From Deltaproteobacteria bacterium (GTDB taxonomy: Bacteria > Desulfobacterota > Binatia > UBA12015), in the NCBI GenBank assembly GCA_046583355.1, contig JAYGCM010000058.1, positions 1 to 57,364 on the forward strand: DNA of 57,364 nucleotides, in the 5' to 3' direction. Positions 10,366 to 20,832 of the stretch are shown here, one piece after another (position 1 is the stretch's first letter; every line of letters begins with the position of its first letter). The notes beneath the pieces were generated by a model. It made no database searches and was not told the DNA's origin. It saw only the letters and a list, made by a program, of their open reading frames with translations. A program made the position numbers and the translations under genes.

Positions 10366-11784
10366 CTACAGGATTCGCCCGGGATTCATCAGACCGCGCG
10401 GGTCGAGCGCGTTTTTGAGCGAGCGCATCAGGTCCATCTCGACCGGACTCTTATAATGCGCAAGATCGTCGCGTTTGAGGCGCCCGATGCCGTGTTCGGC
10501 CGCGATGCTGCCACGCATCGACACGACGATATCGTGCACGATTCGGTTGAACGCGGCCCAATGCTCGAGGAAGGGCGCGTCGCTCTGGCCTTCAGGCACG
10601 CTGAGGTTGAAGTGGATATTGCCGTCGCCGAGATGTCCGAAGGCGCAGACGCGTACGCCGGGCCAATCGGTCTCGACCGCGGCGGTGGCTGCGCGCAAGA
10701 AGTCCGCCACGGCCGAGATCGGCACGGCTACGTCATGTTTGACGCTGGCGCCTGCGCCTTTCTGCGCCTCCGAAATGCTCTCGCGCAGCTTCCAGAGCTC
10801 GGCCACCTGCTTCTCGCTGGTCGCCACGGCGGCATCCAGAATGCGGCCGTCGGCGGCGCCGGCTTCGAGAATTCTTTGGCCCGTGGATGCCAGCGCCGTG
10901 TCGCCGGGAATCGTCGAGTCGAGCTCGATGAGGATATAGTTGTCGTGCGGCGCCGGCAGAGGGTCGCGGGTGCCGGGGATATGGGCCAGCACGAACGCAA
11001 GCGCGCGGCGCGAGATCAGCTCGAAGCTGGTCACGGCGCCGCCCATCTGGCGGCGTGCCTCGGCCAGTAGCGTGAGGGCCGCCTCGACGTCGCGCACCGC
11101 GAGCCACCCAACCCAGCGCGTGCGCGGCCGCGGGAAGAGGCGCAGCACAGCCGCCGTGACGATCCCGAGTGTTCCTTCGGCTCCGATGAAGATCTGTTTC
11201 AGGTCGTAACCTGTATTGTCTTTGCGCAGCCGGCGCAGGCCATCCCAGATCCGCCCGTCGGGCAGCACCACTTCGACGCCGAGGACCAGCTCGCGCATAT
11301 TTCCGTAGCGCAGCACATGGACACCGCCGGCATTGGTCGAGAGGTTGCCGCCGATTCGGCAGCTGCCTTCCGAGGCCAGGCTGAGCGGAAAAAGCCGGTC
11401 GACCTCCGCGGCCGTGCGTTGTGCATCGGCGAGCAATAGCCCGGCCTCGACCACCATCGAATCATCGAGCGCGTCGACTTCGCGGACACGGTCGAGGCGC
11501 TCGACCGAGAGCACCAACTCGCCACCCTCGGCGGCCGGCACCGAGCCACCGCAAAGTGAGGTATTGCCGGCCTGCGGCACCATGGGAATTCCCGCATCGG
11601 CGCAAATCGTCACGACCTCGGCCATCTGCGCGGTCGACTCGGGCCGCACGATCGCGGGCGTCTGCCCCTGCCAGAGTCCGCGCCATTCGCGCAGATGCGG
11701 CTCCATGGCCTCGGGGTCGTCGAGCCACCCCCGCGGCCCGACAAGCTCGCGAATCCGCGCAAGCGCGCCTGCATCCAGAGACAT
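10366..11784 (-). CDS. FAD-binding oxidoreductase, D-2-hydroxyacid dehydrogenase family
   Basis: PQAGNTSLCGG, IGGNLSTNAGG, LRKDNTGYDL, GHLGDGNIH, AEHGIG, DPRGLMNPG. Confidence 0.9.
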   Translation of the reverse strand: MSLDAGALARIRELVGPRGWLDDPEAMEPHLREWRGLWQGQTPAIVRPESTAQMAEVVTICADAGIPMVPQAGNTSLCGGSVPAAEGGELVLSVERLDRVREVDALDDSMVVEAGLLLADAQRTAAEVDRLFPLSLASEGSCRIGGNLSTNAGGVHVLRYGNMRELVLGVEVVLPDGRIWDGLRRLRKDNTGYDLKQIFIGAEGTLGIVTAAVLRLFPRPRTRWVGWLAVRDVEAALTLLAEARRQMGGAVTSFELISRRALAFVLAHIPGTRDPLPAPHDNYILIELDSTIPGDTALASTGQRILEAGAADGRILDAAVATSEKQVAELWKLRESISEAQKGAGASVKHDVAVPISAVADFLRAATAAVETDWPGVRVCAFGHLGDGNIHFNLSVPEGQSDAPFLEHWAAFNRIVHDIVVSMRGSIAAEHGIGRLKRDDLAHYKSPVEMDLMRSLKNALDPRGLMNPGRIL

Positions 11785-11835
11785 GCCCGTTCTCTAATCC
11801 CTCCGCGTTGCGACAGCCAGCGGTGCCAGGTGCGC

Positions 11836-12381
11836 CTAGCTGGCGGGGTGGGTGGCAAGTGGACCGAGGTCGGCCTGGTCGCCTTCTCGGATGCCTACGA
11901 GGGCGGTCCAGCCGCCTGGAACCTCGAGCACGAAGCGGGCGGGAGCGTCGCTGGGCAGCGGGGCTTCGGAGTGCGGCGTTGTGTTCTGGTGGATCCGCAC
12001 GATGCGGCCGCCTTCTTCAATGAAAAGGATATCGAGCGCGATGAGCGTGTTTCGCATCCAGAAGGAGAGCGGGGCGCTGGTCGGGAAGACGAAGAGCATG
12101 CCGTGGCCCGGGGCCAGTTCTTCGCGGAACATCAGCCCGCGCTGGCGTAGCGCAGGCGTTGCTACGACCTCGACCACCACGGGGATCGGCGCGCCGCCCA
12201 GCGGCAATAGCTGAATCTGTGGCTGCGGTGTCGGCGTGGCGGCTGCGCCGGCATTGGCGCTCTCGGTCGTACCGCAGCCGGCAAGCAGGAAGGTCAGGCA
12301 GGTGGCGAGAAGAACCGCGCCTCGCCCATCCGGCCACCTGCCAATCCGCACGGGGCGCTTATTCGGCCGCTTCGGCGTCAT
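11836..12381 (-). CDS. DUF192 family lipoprotein
   Basis: Lipobox LAGC; RQRGLMFR, GMLFVF, FWMRNTLIALDILFI, VLEVPGG; start uncertain. Confidence 0.85.
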   Translation of the reverse strand: MTPKRPNKRPVRIGRWPDGRGAVLLATCLTFLLAGCGTTESANAGAAATPTPQPQIQLLPLGGAPIPVVVEVVATPALRQRGLMFREELAPGHGMLFVFPTSAPLSFWMRNTLIALDILFIEEGGRIVRIHQNTTPHSEAPLPSDAPARFVLEVPGGWTALVGIREGDQADLGPLATHPAS

Positions 12382-14611
12382 CGCGCGCCGGAACTTCTTT
12401 CTGCTTGAGTGACTCCGCCACGAGTTCGACGACATCCTTCACGCGCACTTTATCCTCGATGCCCTTGGCCTTGGTCGCGTCGGTCATCATGGTGGTGCAG
12501 AAAGGGCAGCCGACGGCGATCGTATCGGGCTCGGCCTCCATGAGTTGGTCGAGGCGCGTCTCGTTGATGCGCGCCGTGCCATGCTCTTCTTCCTTCCAGA
12601 ACTGGCCGCCACCGGCGCCGCAGCAGAAGGTGCGTCGCTCGGAGTTCTCGACATCTTCGCGTTGCATGCCGGGAATTTTATCGAGGATCCGACGCGGTGC
12701 CTGGTGCACGTCGTTGTGGCGCGCAAGGTAGCAGGGGTCGTGCATCGTCAGCTTTTTGCCGAGGAAATCCTTGTTCAGCTGAATGCGCCCGGACTCGAGC
12801 AATTCGTCGATGAACTCGGTTGTATGAATGACCTCGAAGTGGCCGCCGATGTCGGGGTATTCATTCTTGATCGTATTGAAGCAATGCGGGCATTGCGTGA
12901 CGATGCGCTTGAATTTGTAGCGCTGCAGCGTCTCGACATTCATCGAGGCAAGCGAGAAATAGAGGTACTCGTTGCCGAGCCGCCTGGCGGGCTCGCCCGT
13001 GCATTGCTCCTCCATGCCGAGGATGCCGAATTTGACGCCGGCCTCCTGCATGATTTTCACCAACGAGGTGGAGGTCTTCTGGTTGCGATCGTCGAAGGAG
13101 CCGGCGCAGCCGACCCAATAGAGGATTTCGACCTCTTCGTCTTCGCCGATTTCGGCCATCTGTTGGACGCCGAGGCCCTCGGCCCATTTGGCGCGCTGGT
13201 CTCTGGCGATGCCCCAGGGGTTGCCCTGGTTCTCGGCGCCGCGGAAGGACGATTGCAGATCCTGCGGGAACTCGGCGCGCATCAGCACCGCGTTGCGGCG
13301 CATATCCACGATGCGCTGGATATGCTCGATGCCGACCGGGCAGCCTTCTTCACACCAGCCACATGAGGTGCAGCCCCAGATGACATCCGGCGTGGCTACG
13401 TCGTTGATCATATCCGCATTTTGCAGCCAGGCCGCATCGTGCTCGCCGTCGAGCAGGGGCTTGGAGCGCTCGCCGAGTTCGTTGAGGGCGATATCGCCAC
13501 CTTCGCCGCCCGTATTTGCGCCGTCGCCGGCGTTATCTTTGCGTGCCCAGCGAGAAATTTGTGCGTTCAGGAAAGAGAGTCCGTGACGGGCCGTGATCTG
13601 CTCGCGCTGCTGAATCACGAGGTGCTTCGGGTTGAGCGCCTTTTGCGTATTGACGGTCGGGCAGTTCGTCGTGCAGCGGCCACATTCCAGGCACGACGCC
13701 ATATCGAGGATCTGCTTCCAGCTGTACTCCTCGGGTTTTTCCACGCCGAAGGTCTCGGCGTTTTCAAAATCGTCGATGGAGGTGAGCTTGGCGCCGTGGT
13801 CGAGTTTCTTGAAAAAGAGGTTGATCGGACCCAGAACCATATGGCGCAGCTTGGTCGACATCATGGAGTAGAGCAGGGTGAAGACGATGACCATATGGAT
13901 CCACCAGATGGTGGAGTGGAAGCCTGTGCCGGCGCCGAGGGCGGTGAAAACGCGCGAGAAGAGCAGGCCCATATAGGCGAGGCCGACCGAGCTTTCGGGC
14001 TGCGCCGTGATGCGGGCGCCCTCCAGCATGAAGCCGGTGAAACCGACCAGGAAGAGAAGGATCAGCGGGAAGCCGTAGCCGCTTTCGTTCTCGAAGGTGC
14101 TGACCATTTTCTCCGGCTGTTCGAGCACACGCGGTTCGGTGACGTAGCGGCGGAAGAGGAAGATGCCGGAGCTGACGCAGAGGCCGACGCCGGCCGTATC
14201 CATCATCAGCTTGTAGACGCCGTAGAAAGCGCCGTTGTAGAAATCGAGTGGAGTGTCGAATTGCACAGTCACCAGCATCGTTCCGAGGAAGAGGATGATG
14301 AAGGAGACGAAGAGGACCTGATGGTTGATGCCGAGGGGCTCGCGCACTACGCGGCCCTGACCGATGCCTTCAAAGAGCGCGCGCTGGAGGCGCTCCGGAA
14401 TGCGGTCGAAGCGGTTCTCGGACTGGCCGCGCGAGACGATCCAGGCCCAGCGGGCGAGCGGGTAGAGGATGGTCAGGCCCCAGAGCAGGAAGAGCAGGAA
14501 GGGCAGGCCCAAGTTCAGGAAGCCGAGGATATGGAGGAAATGGTCGGTGAAGGCAGCGGGTGCTCCTTCGCCGATCTGTCGGGTTCCTTGCAGGCTCAGT
14601 TCATCATTCAT
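12359..14611 (-). CDS. Membrane Fe-S oxidoreductase, FadF/EtfD/EMO type (NarI-like membrane part + 2x[4Fe-4S] + two CCG domains)
   Basis: Hydrophobic helices with His; CLECGRCTTNCP, CTSCGWCEEGCP; YWVGC..CTG..CPHC; HDPC..CCGAGGG..CPFC. Confidence 0.87.
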   Translation of the reverse strand: MNDELSLQGTRQIGEGAPAAFTDHFLHILGFLNLGLPFLLFLLWGLTILYPLARWAWIVSRGQSENRFDRIPERLQRALFEGIGQGRVVREPLGINHQVLFVSFIILFLGTMLVTVQFDTPLDFYNGAFYGVYKLMMDTAGVGLCVSSGIFLFRRYVTEPRVLEQPEKMVSTFENESGYGFPLILLFLVGFTGFMLEGARITAQPESSVGLAYMGLLFSRVFTALGAGTGFHSTIWWIHMVIVFTLLYSMMSTKLRHMVLGPINLFFKKLDHGAKLTSIDDFENAETFGVEKPEEYSWKQILDMASCLECGRCTTNCPTVNTQKALNPKHLVIQQREQITARHGLSFLNAQISRWARKDNAGDGANTGGEGGDIALNELGERSKPLLDGEHDAAWLQNADMINDVATPDVIWGCTSCGWCEEGCPVGIEHIQRIVDMRRNAVLMRAEFPQDLQSSFRGAENQGNPWGIARDQRAKWAEGLGVQQMAEIGEDEEVEILYWVGCAGSFDDRNQKTSTSLVKIMQEAGVKFGILGMEEQCTGEPARRLGNEYLYFSLASMNVETLQRYKFKRIVTQCPHCFNTIKNEYPDIGGHFEVIHTTEFIDELLESGRIQLNKDFLGKKLTMHDPCYLARHNDVHQAPRRILDKIPGMQREDVENSERRTFCCGAGGGQFWKEEEHGTARINETRLDQLMEAEPDTIAVGCPFCTTMMTDATKAKGIEDKVRVKDVVELVAESLKQKEVPARDDAEAAE

Positions 14612-14741
14612 TCTGGTTATCCCCCCCACCGTGCCCGGAAGGTCTCCGGGCGCGGTGAACCATACAATTTTCTTGCGGCGGCTGCATACTGCCCGGCGCC
14701 GCGGCCGGTTCTCCGCGCACCCCTCGGGGGCGCGAAATGAC

Positions 14742-15737
14742 TCAGCTCTCGGCGCCGTCGCCTGGCGGCGGCGCGAGGTCGTTCAGGTGGCCGCCCGCAT
14801 GGATCTTTTTCAGAAAATCCGGGTCGTAGGCGCCTTCGGGGTCTTCGCGTACCAGCCGGTCGAGGACTTCGGCGTCATCGCCAACCAGGATACGCCAGCG
14901 CTCGGCGCGCACACCATCGAGAATGATGGTCGCGGCGGACGCCGCCGTGGTCGGCGCTTTGTCCTGAAAGTCGAGCATGCGCTGGTGGACGAAGGCCCTG
15001 AGGTCCGCGTCCGAGATCGCATCCGGGTCAATTCCCATACCGCGCACCTGCTTGCGTATTTCGGTTAGTTCCTCGGTCGTCATCTGCTCGGCCGTGCCGT
15101 GGCCGAGGATCTGGCGTGAATTCATCATGATGGCGGTGCCGATATGGCCCGGCATCACGATAGCCGTTTTTACATGCGGTGCGTTCAGGCGCAGGTCGGT
15201 GACCAGCGCCTCGGTGAACCCTTTGACGGCAAACTTGGCAGCGCTGTAGGCCGAATGCGGGGTGTCGGGACCGAGGCAGGCCCAGAAGCCGTTGATGCTG
15301 CTGGTGTTGACCAGGTAGCCCTCTTCGGACGCGACCAATGCTGGGAGGAACGCGCGGGTCCCGTAATAGACGCCGAACCAGCAGACGTTGAAGACTTTCT
15401 CCCATTGCTCGCGGTCGCCATTGACGATGCTCGGGGCGCCGCCAATGCCCGCGTTGTTGAAGACCAGATTCACATGCTTCGTACCGTGCGCCGCCAGGGC
15501 CGCATCGCGGAAGGCGAGCACGGCTGCCTCATCCGAGACATCGGCCTCGTGCGTCGTGATGCGGGTACCAGCGGGCGACTCGGCCTCACAGAGGCGCTGG
15601 GTCTCATCGAGGTTCGATAGGAGGATGTCGCAAAGCGAGAGGTGACAACCTTCGCTGGCGAGTTGGCGTGCGAGTTCCCGGCCCATGCCCGTGCCTGCGC
15701 CCGTAATGATGGCGATCTTTCCTGCAAAATCCTTCAT
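14742..15737 (-). CDS. Short-chain dehydrogenase/reductase
   Basis: TGAGTGMG, NNAG, YSAAK. Confidence 0.9.
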   Translation of the reverse strand: MKDFAGKIAIITGAGTGMGRELARQLASEGCHLSLCDILLSNLDETQRLCEAESPAGTRITTHEADVSDEAAVLAFRDAALAAHGTKHVNLVFNNAGIGGAPSIVNGDREQWEKVFNVCWFGVYYGTRAFLPALVASEEGYLVNTSSINGFWACLGPDTPHSAYSAAKFAVKGFTEALVTDLRLNAPHVKTAIVMPGHIGTAIMMNSRQILGHGTAEQMTTEELTEIRKQVRGMGIDPDAISDADLRAFVHQRMLDFQDKAPTTAASAATIILDGVRAERWRILVGDDAEVLDRLVREDPEGAYDPDFLKKIHAGGHLNDLAPPPGDGAES

Positions 15738-15962
15738 GACTCAAATATCTCCCACTACTTCGATCCGTCGAGGTACATCGCCACCCTAAGAGTTTCGACC
15801 GAAAAGTGCACCGTTCCGCCGCAGCGCATCGCTTCGGCTCGCTTGCGCCCGGTAGCGGGGACGTTGGTTGTCCCAGTCGGATTTGCTGTCGGTATGGGTG
15901 CCCGCGGAGGTTGCTGGTCGGCCGGTTTTCGTTCTCTGCGGGTGGGGTGGTAGCTGGTGCTG

Positions 15963-18155
15963 ATGGCAACTGAATCGGGATTGCGTGGGCTGTGGCGAGT
16001 GCTCCGGGCGCTGTTCGTATTGGTGCTCGTCATCGGCTTGCCGATCGCCGTTCTTCTCTCGCTTGAGGGAACGGAACAGCCGCAGGTCGGGATCTCCGAG
16101 CGGCCGCGTGGGGCCCGTGCCACCCAGCCGGAGGCCGCGGGAAAGCAGATACTCTTCGGCGATCTGCACGTTCATACAACGTATTCGATGGACGCTTTTT
16201 TCACCGCGATGCCGCTGCTGGGCGGCGAGGGCGCCCATCCCCCGGCGGATGCCTGTGACTTCGCGCGCCATTGTGCCGCTCTTGATTTCTACGCCATCAC
16301 CGACCACGCTCAGGAGTTGACGCCTGCGCATTGGGCGATGGAGAAAGAGGCCAATCGGAGGTGCAACGCGGTCGGCCATGATGCCACCGACCCGGATCTG
16401 GTCGTCTTCCATGGCTATGAGTGGACGCAGATCGGCGCGACTCCCGACACGCATTACGGGCATAAGAACGTGATCTTTCGCGGCCTGGGCGAAGACGAGG
16501 TTACGCCGCGGCCGATTACCGCACGTGGTGCTCCGGACGACCGCAACCCTTGGCGCACGCTCGCTCCCCTGATGGCGGGCGGCCGGCTGGTCGACCCGCT
16601 GCATTGGGAGACCTACGCGCAATTTGAATGGATGTGGGAACAGCTCGCTCGCGTCCCGGTATGCGATCGCAATGCGGATATCCGCGACCTTCCGGTAGAT
16701 TGCCTGGAAGAGGCACCGACGCCGGATATTCTCTTCGAGAAGCTGGATGAATGGGGCTACGACGCGCTGGTCATTCCGCATGGCACCGCCTGGGGAGCCT
16801 ACTCGCCGCCGGGCACGACGCTGGCGAAGCAGCTCCGCGGCAAGATGTATGACCCGCAGCGCCAGAAGCTGATTGAGGTCTTCTCCGGCCACGGCAACTC
16901 CGAACAATACCATTCCTGGCGAGAATTCGATATTGACGATGCCGGAGAGAAGGTTTGCCCCGAGGCCACACCGGACTACCTGCCTTGTTGCCGGCGTGCG
17001 GCCGAGATCATGCGCCAGCGCTGCGGCGATCTTGAGGAGGCGGAATGTGAGGCCCGCATCGAGACCGCCGTCGCGCTTACGCTGGATGCAGGAATCGGCT
17101 TTGATGGGACATTCCCCGATGCGGGCACCGAGGATTGGCTCGATTGCGGGCAGGCGCGCAGTGGTTTCAAACCAGATTATTCGTTGCGGCCGCGCGGCAC
17201 AGCGCAATATGCGTTGGCTCTGACGCACGAAGAAGCGGGTGCGAAGCGTCGTTTCCGCTGGGGCTTTATCGGTTCCAGCGACAATCACTCGGGGCGTGCC
17301 GCTACCGGCTTCAAACAGCAGGGTCGCCGCCGCGGGCGCACGGATATGATCGGGCCGCGCTCGGAATTCTATGCGAATCTGCTCGACCCGCGCCGCGAAC
17401 CCGAGGATCCACGCATGCCCGAAATGCCGAATGCCGGCATCGCCGGCGTGCTGGCGATCGAGCGCACCGGCAGCTTCCTCTATCCCGGCGGGGTCGTGGC
17501 GGTACATGCAGCGAGTCGCTCGCGTGACGGAATCTGGGAGGCCCTCGATCGCCGCGAAACCTATGCAACCAGTGGCCCGCGGATTCTTCTATGGTTTGAC
17601 CTGCTCGGCGAAGATGGCGAGACGTGGCCGATGGGTAGCGGATTGGCCTTGGGCGTCGAGCCTCATTTTCGTGTCCGCGCCGTGGGTGCACATCGGCAGA
17701 AGCCGGGTTGTCCGGCCGAGACCGGCCGGGCCCTTTCTCCCGAGCGTATGGCGAAGCTCTGCATGGGCGAGTGTTTTCATCCGGGCGATACGCGCCACCG
17801 CATCGAGCGCATCGAAGTCGTGCGCGTGCGGCCACAATTGCACGCCGGCGAAGATGTCGGCCGGTTGATCGAGGATCCCTGGCTCGTACTTCCCTGCGTG
17901 CCGGACGAGGGCGGTTGCGTGGTCGAGTTCCGCGACGAAGAATTTCTTCGATCCGGGCGCGACGCTGTCTACTATGTCCGTGCCCTGCAGGAAGCGACGC
18001 CGGCGATCAACGCGGACAATCTGCGCACAGAATTCGATGCGCAGGGCCGTGCTGTTTCGGCGCGGCCCTGTCTGCCGGATTCACTGGCCGACGATTGCCT
18101 CGGCGAAGCGCACGAGCGCGCCTGGTCGTCGCCGATTTTTGTCGACCAACGCTGA
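15963..18155 (+). CDS. DUF3604 family PHP-like metallohydrolase, membrane-anchored (paralog 1)
   Basis: N-terminal hydrophobic helix; FGDLHVHT, AITDHA, GYEWT, GHKNV, IPH, SSDNH, YATSGPRI, YYVRA, RAWSSPI. Confidence 0.82.
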   Translation: MATESGLRGLWRVLRALFVLVLVIGLPIAVLLSLEGTEQPQVGISERPRGARATQPEAAGKQILFGDLHVHTTYSMDAFFTAMPLLGGEGAHPPADACDFARHCAALDFYAITDHAQELTPAHWAMEKEANRRCNAVGHDATDPDLVVFHGYEWTQIGATPDTHYGHKNVIFRGLGEDEVTPRPITARGAPDDRNPWRTLAPLMAGGRLVDPLHWETYAQFEWMWEQLARVPVCDRNADIRDLPVDCLEEAPTPDILFEKLDEWGYDALVIPHGTAWGAYSPPGTTLAKQLRGKMYDPQRQKLIEVFSGHGNSEQYHSWREFDIDDAGEKVCPEATPDYLPCCRRAAEIMRQRCGDLEEAECEARIETAVALTLDAGIGFDGTFPDAGTEDWLDCGQARSGFKPDYSLRPRGTAQYALALTHEEAGAKRRFRWGFIGSSDNHSGRAATGFKQQGRRRGRTDMIGPRSEFYANLLDPRREPEDPRMPEMPNAGIAGVLAIERTGSFLYPGGVVAVHAASRSRDGIWEALDRRETYATSGPRILLWFDLLGEDGETWPMGSGLALGVEPHFRVRAVGAHRQKPGCPAETGRALSPERMAKLCMGECFHPGDTRHRIERIEVVRVRPQLHAGEDVGRLIEDPWLVLPCVPDEGGCVVEFRDEEFLRSGRDAVYYVRALQEATPAINADNLRTEFDAQGRAVSARPCLPDSLADDCLGEAHERAWSSPIFVDQR

Positions 18156-18165
18156 GGCCCGCTCT

Positions 18166-18402
18166 CTAAAGGACGCCGCGCTCGCGCAGGGACCGGGTCG
18201 GGTAGAGGCCGCGCAAGGGCAATTTGTAATCATCCTCTTCTTCGGGCTTACCGTCGCGCCGCCGCTGCACGATGCGCTCTCGTTCCAAAACGAGGAGGTG
18301 GCGCAGGAAGGCATTGGCCGAGACATAGCTGCGGCGCTCGACTTCTCCGTCGAGCCAATTTTTGAGAGCAGTCGGAAGGGAAATATGAAGGACACGTCGC
18401 AT
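18166..18402 (-). CDS. Small ribbon-helix-helix protein (ParD/CopG-like), no adjacent toxin
   Basis: LHISLPTALKNWLDGEVERRSYVSANAFLRHLL fits the ParD-type MNISLP..LK.FV..QV..GY.S.SEY.R.L pattern; 78 aa from ATG 18402. Confidence 0.6.
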   Translation of the reverse strand: MRRVLHISLPTALKNWLDGEVERRSYVSANAFLRHLLVLERERIVQRRRDGKPEEEDDYKLPLRGLYPTRSLRERGVL

Positions 18403-18529
18403 GCGCGATACAACCACGAAACCCGGCCAGATCCACGCGCATACCCGCTGCACGCAATACAATTTCTGCGCGAGGGGTCGGGGGCGCTTCCGGTTCGCCA
18501 GAGGGCCGCAGAACCTCTAAGAGGGGCGC

Positions 18530-18979
18530 ATGCTCAGCCAGCAAGAAATATCCGACCGTTTCGAGATTCATGACCTTCTCTACCGCTACGCGGACATCAT
18601 CGACCACAAGGAGTTCGCCAAGCTGCGCGACGAGGTCTTTACCGAAGACGCCTTCATTGACTACAGCGCCTTCGGTGGCTCCACGGGCGACCCCGAGACG
18701 ACCATCGAGTTTCTCGCCAAGGTGTTGACTGTGCAACTCTTTCCGACCACGCAGCATCTCGTCGCCAATATGCAGGTGGTGCTCGATGGGGACTCGGCGA
18801 CCGGGCGTATCATGTGCCTGAACCCGCAAAATATGCAGATCGGCGAAGAGACCCGCGTCTTCTTCTGCGGCCTCTGGTACTTGGACGAGTACCGCCGCAC
18901 GCCTGCCGGCTGGCGTATTTTGCGCCGGGTGGAAGAGAAGTCCTGGGTTCATAATACCCCGGACTTCATGAATCTTTGA
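18530..18979 (+). CDS. SnoaL/NTF2-like protein
   Basis: SDRFEIHDLLYRYA..ID, VFTEDA.IDY, TQHLVAN, YLDEYRRT..GWRI. Confidence 0.85.
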   Translation: MLSQQEISDRFEIHDLLYRYADIIDHKEFAKLRDEVFTEDAFIDYSAFGGSTGDPETTIEFLAKVLTVQLFPTTQHLVANMQVVLDGDSATGRIMCLNPQNMQIGEETRVFFCGLWYLDEYRRTPAGWRILRRVEEKSWVHNTPDFMNL

Positions 18980-18995
18980 GCCCCGCCCGCCATTG

Positions 18996-19044
18996 GGGGA
19001 CGTTGCTTACCTCACATCGATTTCCTTACCTCGGGGACGTCCCC
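18996..19044. repeat. GGGGACGT/ACGTCCCC REP-like element between convergent genes
   Basis: GGGGACGT (18996), CTTACCTC twice (19006, 19025), palindrome GGGGACGTCCCC (19033-19044). Confidence 0.5.
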
Positions 19045-19045
19045 T

Positions 19046-19750
19046 CTAGCCGCCCATCAGGCTGCGGACATCGGCGTCGAGCGTGGCGCGGATCCGTTCG
19101 ATTGCCACGGCGCGCACGCGTTGCTTGGTGCCGGCCATGCCGCGGATGGTGATTTCGGCAGCGAGGCGTGTAGCCTCGCTCATGGTCTCGTCGAGAACAC
19201 TCTCGGGGGCGACGGCGCGGTCGAGGAAGCCGACCTCGCAGGCGGTCGTCGGGTTGTAGATTTCACCCAGAATGGCAGCGTCGGTGATGTGGCGTGGGTC
19301 GAGGCGCTCGCGACAGAGTTCGGTACCGAAGACCGGCAGCGTCATGCCGATTTTGGACTCATTGAGGCCGATTTTGAACGTGCCCTCGGCGCCGATGCGC
19401 CGGTCGCAGGCGAGCAGGAACATCGCGCCCATGGCGAGTGCGTGGCCGGTGACGGCGGCCAGGGTGGGGCGCGGGAAGCCGTAGAGCCGCAAGGCCAACT
19501 CGCCACCGGCCTTGACCATGGCGAGTGCGGCGGCCATTCCGCCGTCTTTCATGATGGAGAGGTCAAAGCCGCCCGAGAAGCGCCCCGGTCGTCCCGCGAA
19601 GACGACCACCTTGGCCTCTTGCTCGGCGCGGTCCAGGGCCGCATGCATGGCCTCCATCATGGCGGGCGAGAAGACGTTGGCCTTGCCGTCGTCGAGAGCA
19701 ATCCAAGCGACATCGCCGCGCAGGTCGTAGGTCAATAGAGAATCAGGCAT
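19046..19750 (-). CDS. Crotonase/enoyl-CoA hydratase-isomerase family protein
   Basis: LDDGKAN, FSGGFDL, GHALAMGA, IGLNE. Confidence 0.88.
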   Translation of the reverse strand: MPDSLLTYDLRGDVAWIALDDGKANVFSPAMMEAMHAALDRAEQEAKVVVFAGRPGRFSGGFDLSIMKDGGMAAALAMVKAGGELALRLYGFPRPTLAAVTGHALAMGAMFLLACDRRIGAEGTFKIGLNESKIGMTLPVFGTELCRERLDPRHITDAAILGEIYNPTTACEVGFLDRAVAPESVLDETMSEATRLAAEITIRGMAGTKQRVRAVAIERIRATLDADVRSLMGG

Positions 19751-19812
19751 GTCGCAGCTTAGAAGTTGAGTCGCTCTGCGTCGAGGTGGGAGCGCATGCC
19801 GGCGCTGGGCAC

Positions 19813-19848
19813 AAAAAAAGGGGAGCGCCCGGATGGACGCTCCCCTTT
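19813..19848 (-). terminator. Rho-independent terminator after etfA
   Basis: Minus strand GGGGAGCGTCC-ATCC-GGGCGCTCCCC followed by T7. Confidence 0.85.
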
Positions 19849-19865
19849 GTCGAGTCGAGTGGGTC

Positions 19866-20822
19866 TCAAGCCTTGAGCTTGGCGACTTCCTCGGTCATTT
19901 CCGGCACTGCCTTGAAGAGGTCGGCGACCAGACCGTAATCCGAGATGCTGAAGATCGGGGCGTCCGCATCCTTGTTGATCGCTACGATCACCTTGGAGTC
20001 CTTCATGCCCGCGAGATGCTGAATCGCACCCGAGATACCGACGGCGATATAAAGCTGCGGCGCGACAACCTTGCCGGTCTGCCCGACCTGAAGGTCATTC
20101 GGTACGAAGCCTGCATCGACCGCGGCGCGCGAGGCGCCCATGGCCGCGCCGAGGGCGTCGACCAGCGGCTCAAGAACCTCTTTGAAGTTCTCGCCCGATT
20201 TGAGGCCACGCCCACCCGAGACGACGATATCGGCGTCAGCGAGCTGCGGCCGGTCCGAGATGGTCTCCTCAAAGGAGACGAACTTCATCTTGGACTGCAC
20301 GTCGGCGGCTAGTTCGGCGTTCTCTACCGGGGCGCTGCCGCCAGCGGCGGCCGGGTCGAAGGCCGTGCCACGCACGGTGATGACCTTCTTCTCGGTGTTG
20401 ATCTTCGTTGTGGCGAGCACATTGCCGGCATAGATCGGCCGGACGAAGGTGCCGTCGTCGTTGATATCGGTGATCTCGGAGACCATGCCGGCACCGCGAC
20501 TCTGCGCGACGCGCGGGCAGAAGTCCTTGCCCATGGCCGTGGCCCCGGCGACGAAGATGTCGGCGCCTTCTGCGTCCGCTACCTGGACGGTCGCGGCAGC
20601 ATAGATATCGGCCAAATAATGCTCAAGGCGGTCGTCGTCGATGGCGACGACCTTGGCAACGCCGGTGAGCCCAGCGGCCAATGTGGCGACCTCGCCGATG
20701 CCCTTGCCGAGAACCAGGGCGATCACTTCGTCGCCGGCTTTCTGCGCGGCGGTAACGGCTACGGCCGATGCCTTCGGGAGCTTTCCGTGTGCGTGCTCGA
20801 TGTAAACCAGAACTTTGCTCAT
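19866..20822 (-). CDS. etfA: Electron transfer flavoprotein alpha subunit
   Basis: RPIYAGN, VSGGRG, GASRAAVD, QVGQTGK, GISGAIQHLAGM. Confidence 0.95.
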   Translation of the reverse strand: MSKVLVYIEHAHGKLPKASAVAVTAAQKAGDEVIALVLGKGIGEVATLAAGLTGVAKVVAIDDDRLEHYLADIYAAATVQVADAEGADIFVAGATAMGKDFCPRVAQSRGAGMVSEITDINDDGTFVRPIYAGNVLATTKINTEKKVITVRGTAFDPAAAGGSAPVENAELAADVQSKMKFVSFEETISDRPQLADADIVVSGGRGLKSGENFKEVLEPLVDALGAAMGASRAAVDAGFVPNDLQVGQTGKVVAPQLYIAVGISGAIQHLAGMKDSKVIVAINKDADAPIFSISDYGLVADLFKAVPEMTEEVAKLKA

Positions 20823-20832
20823 CGTCGCGCTC

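Noticed and set aside
15786..17507. 573-aa minus-strand ORF
   Set aside because: Antisense to DUF3604 paralog 1; no recognisable domain
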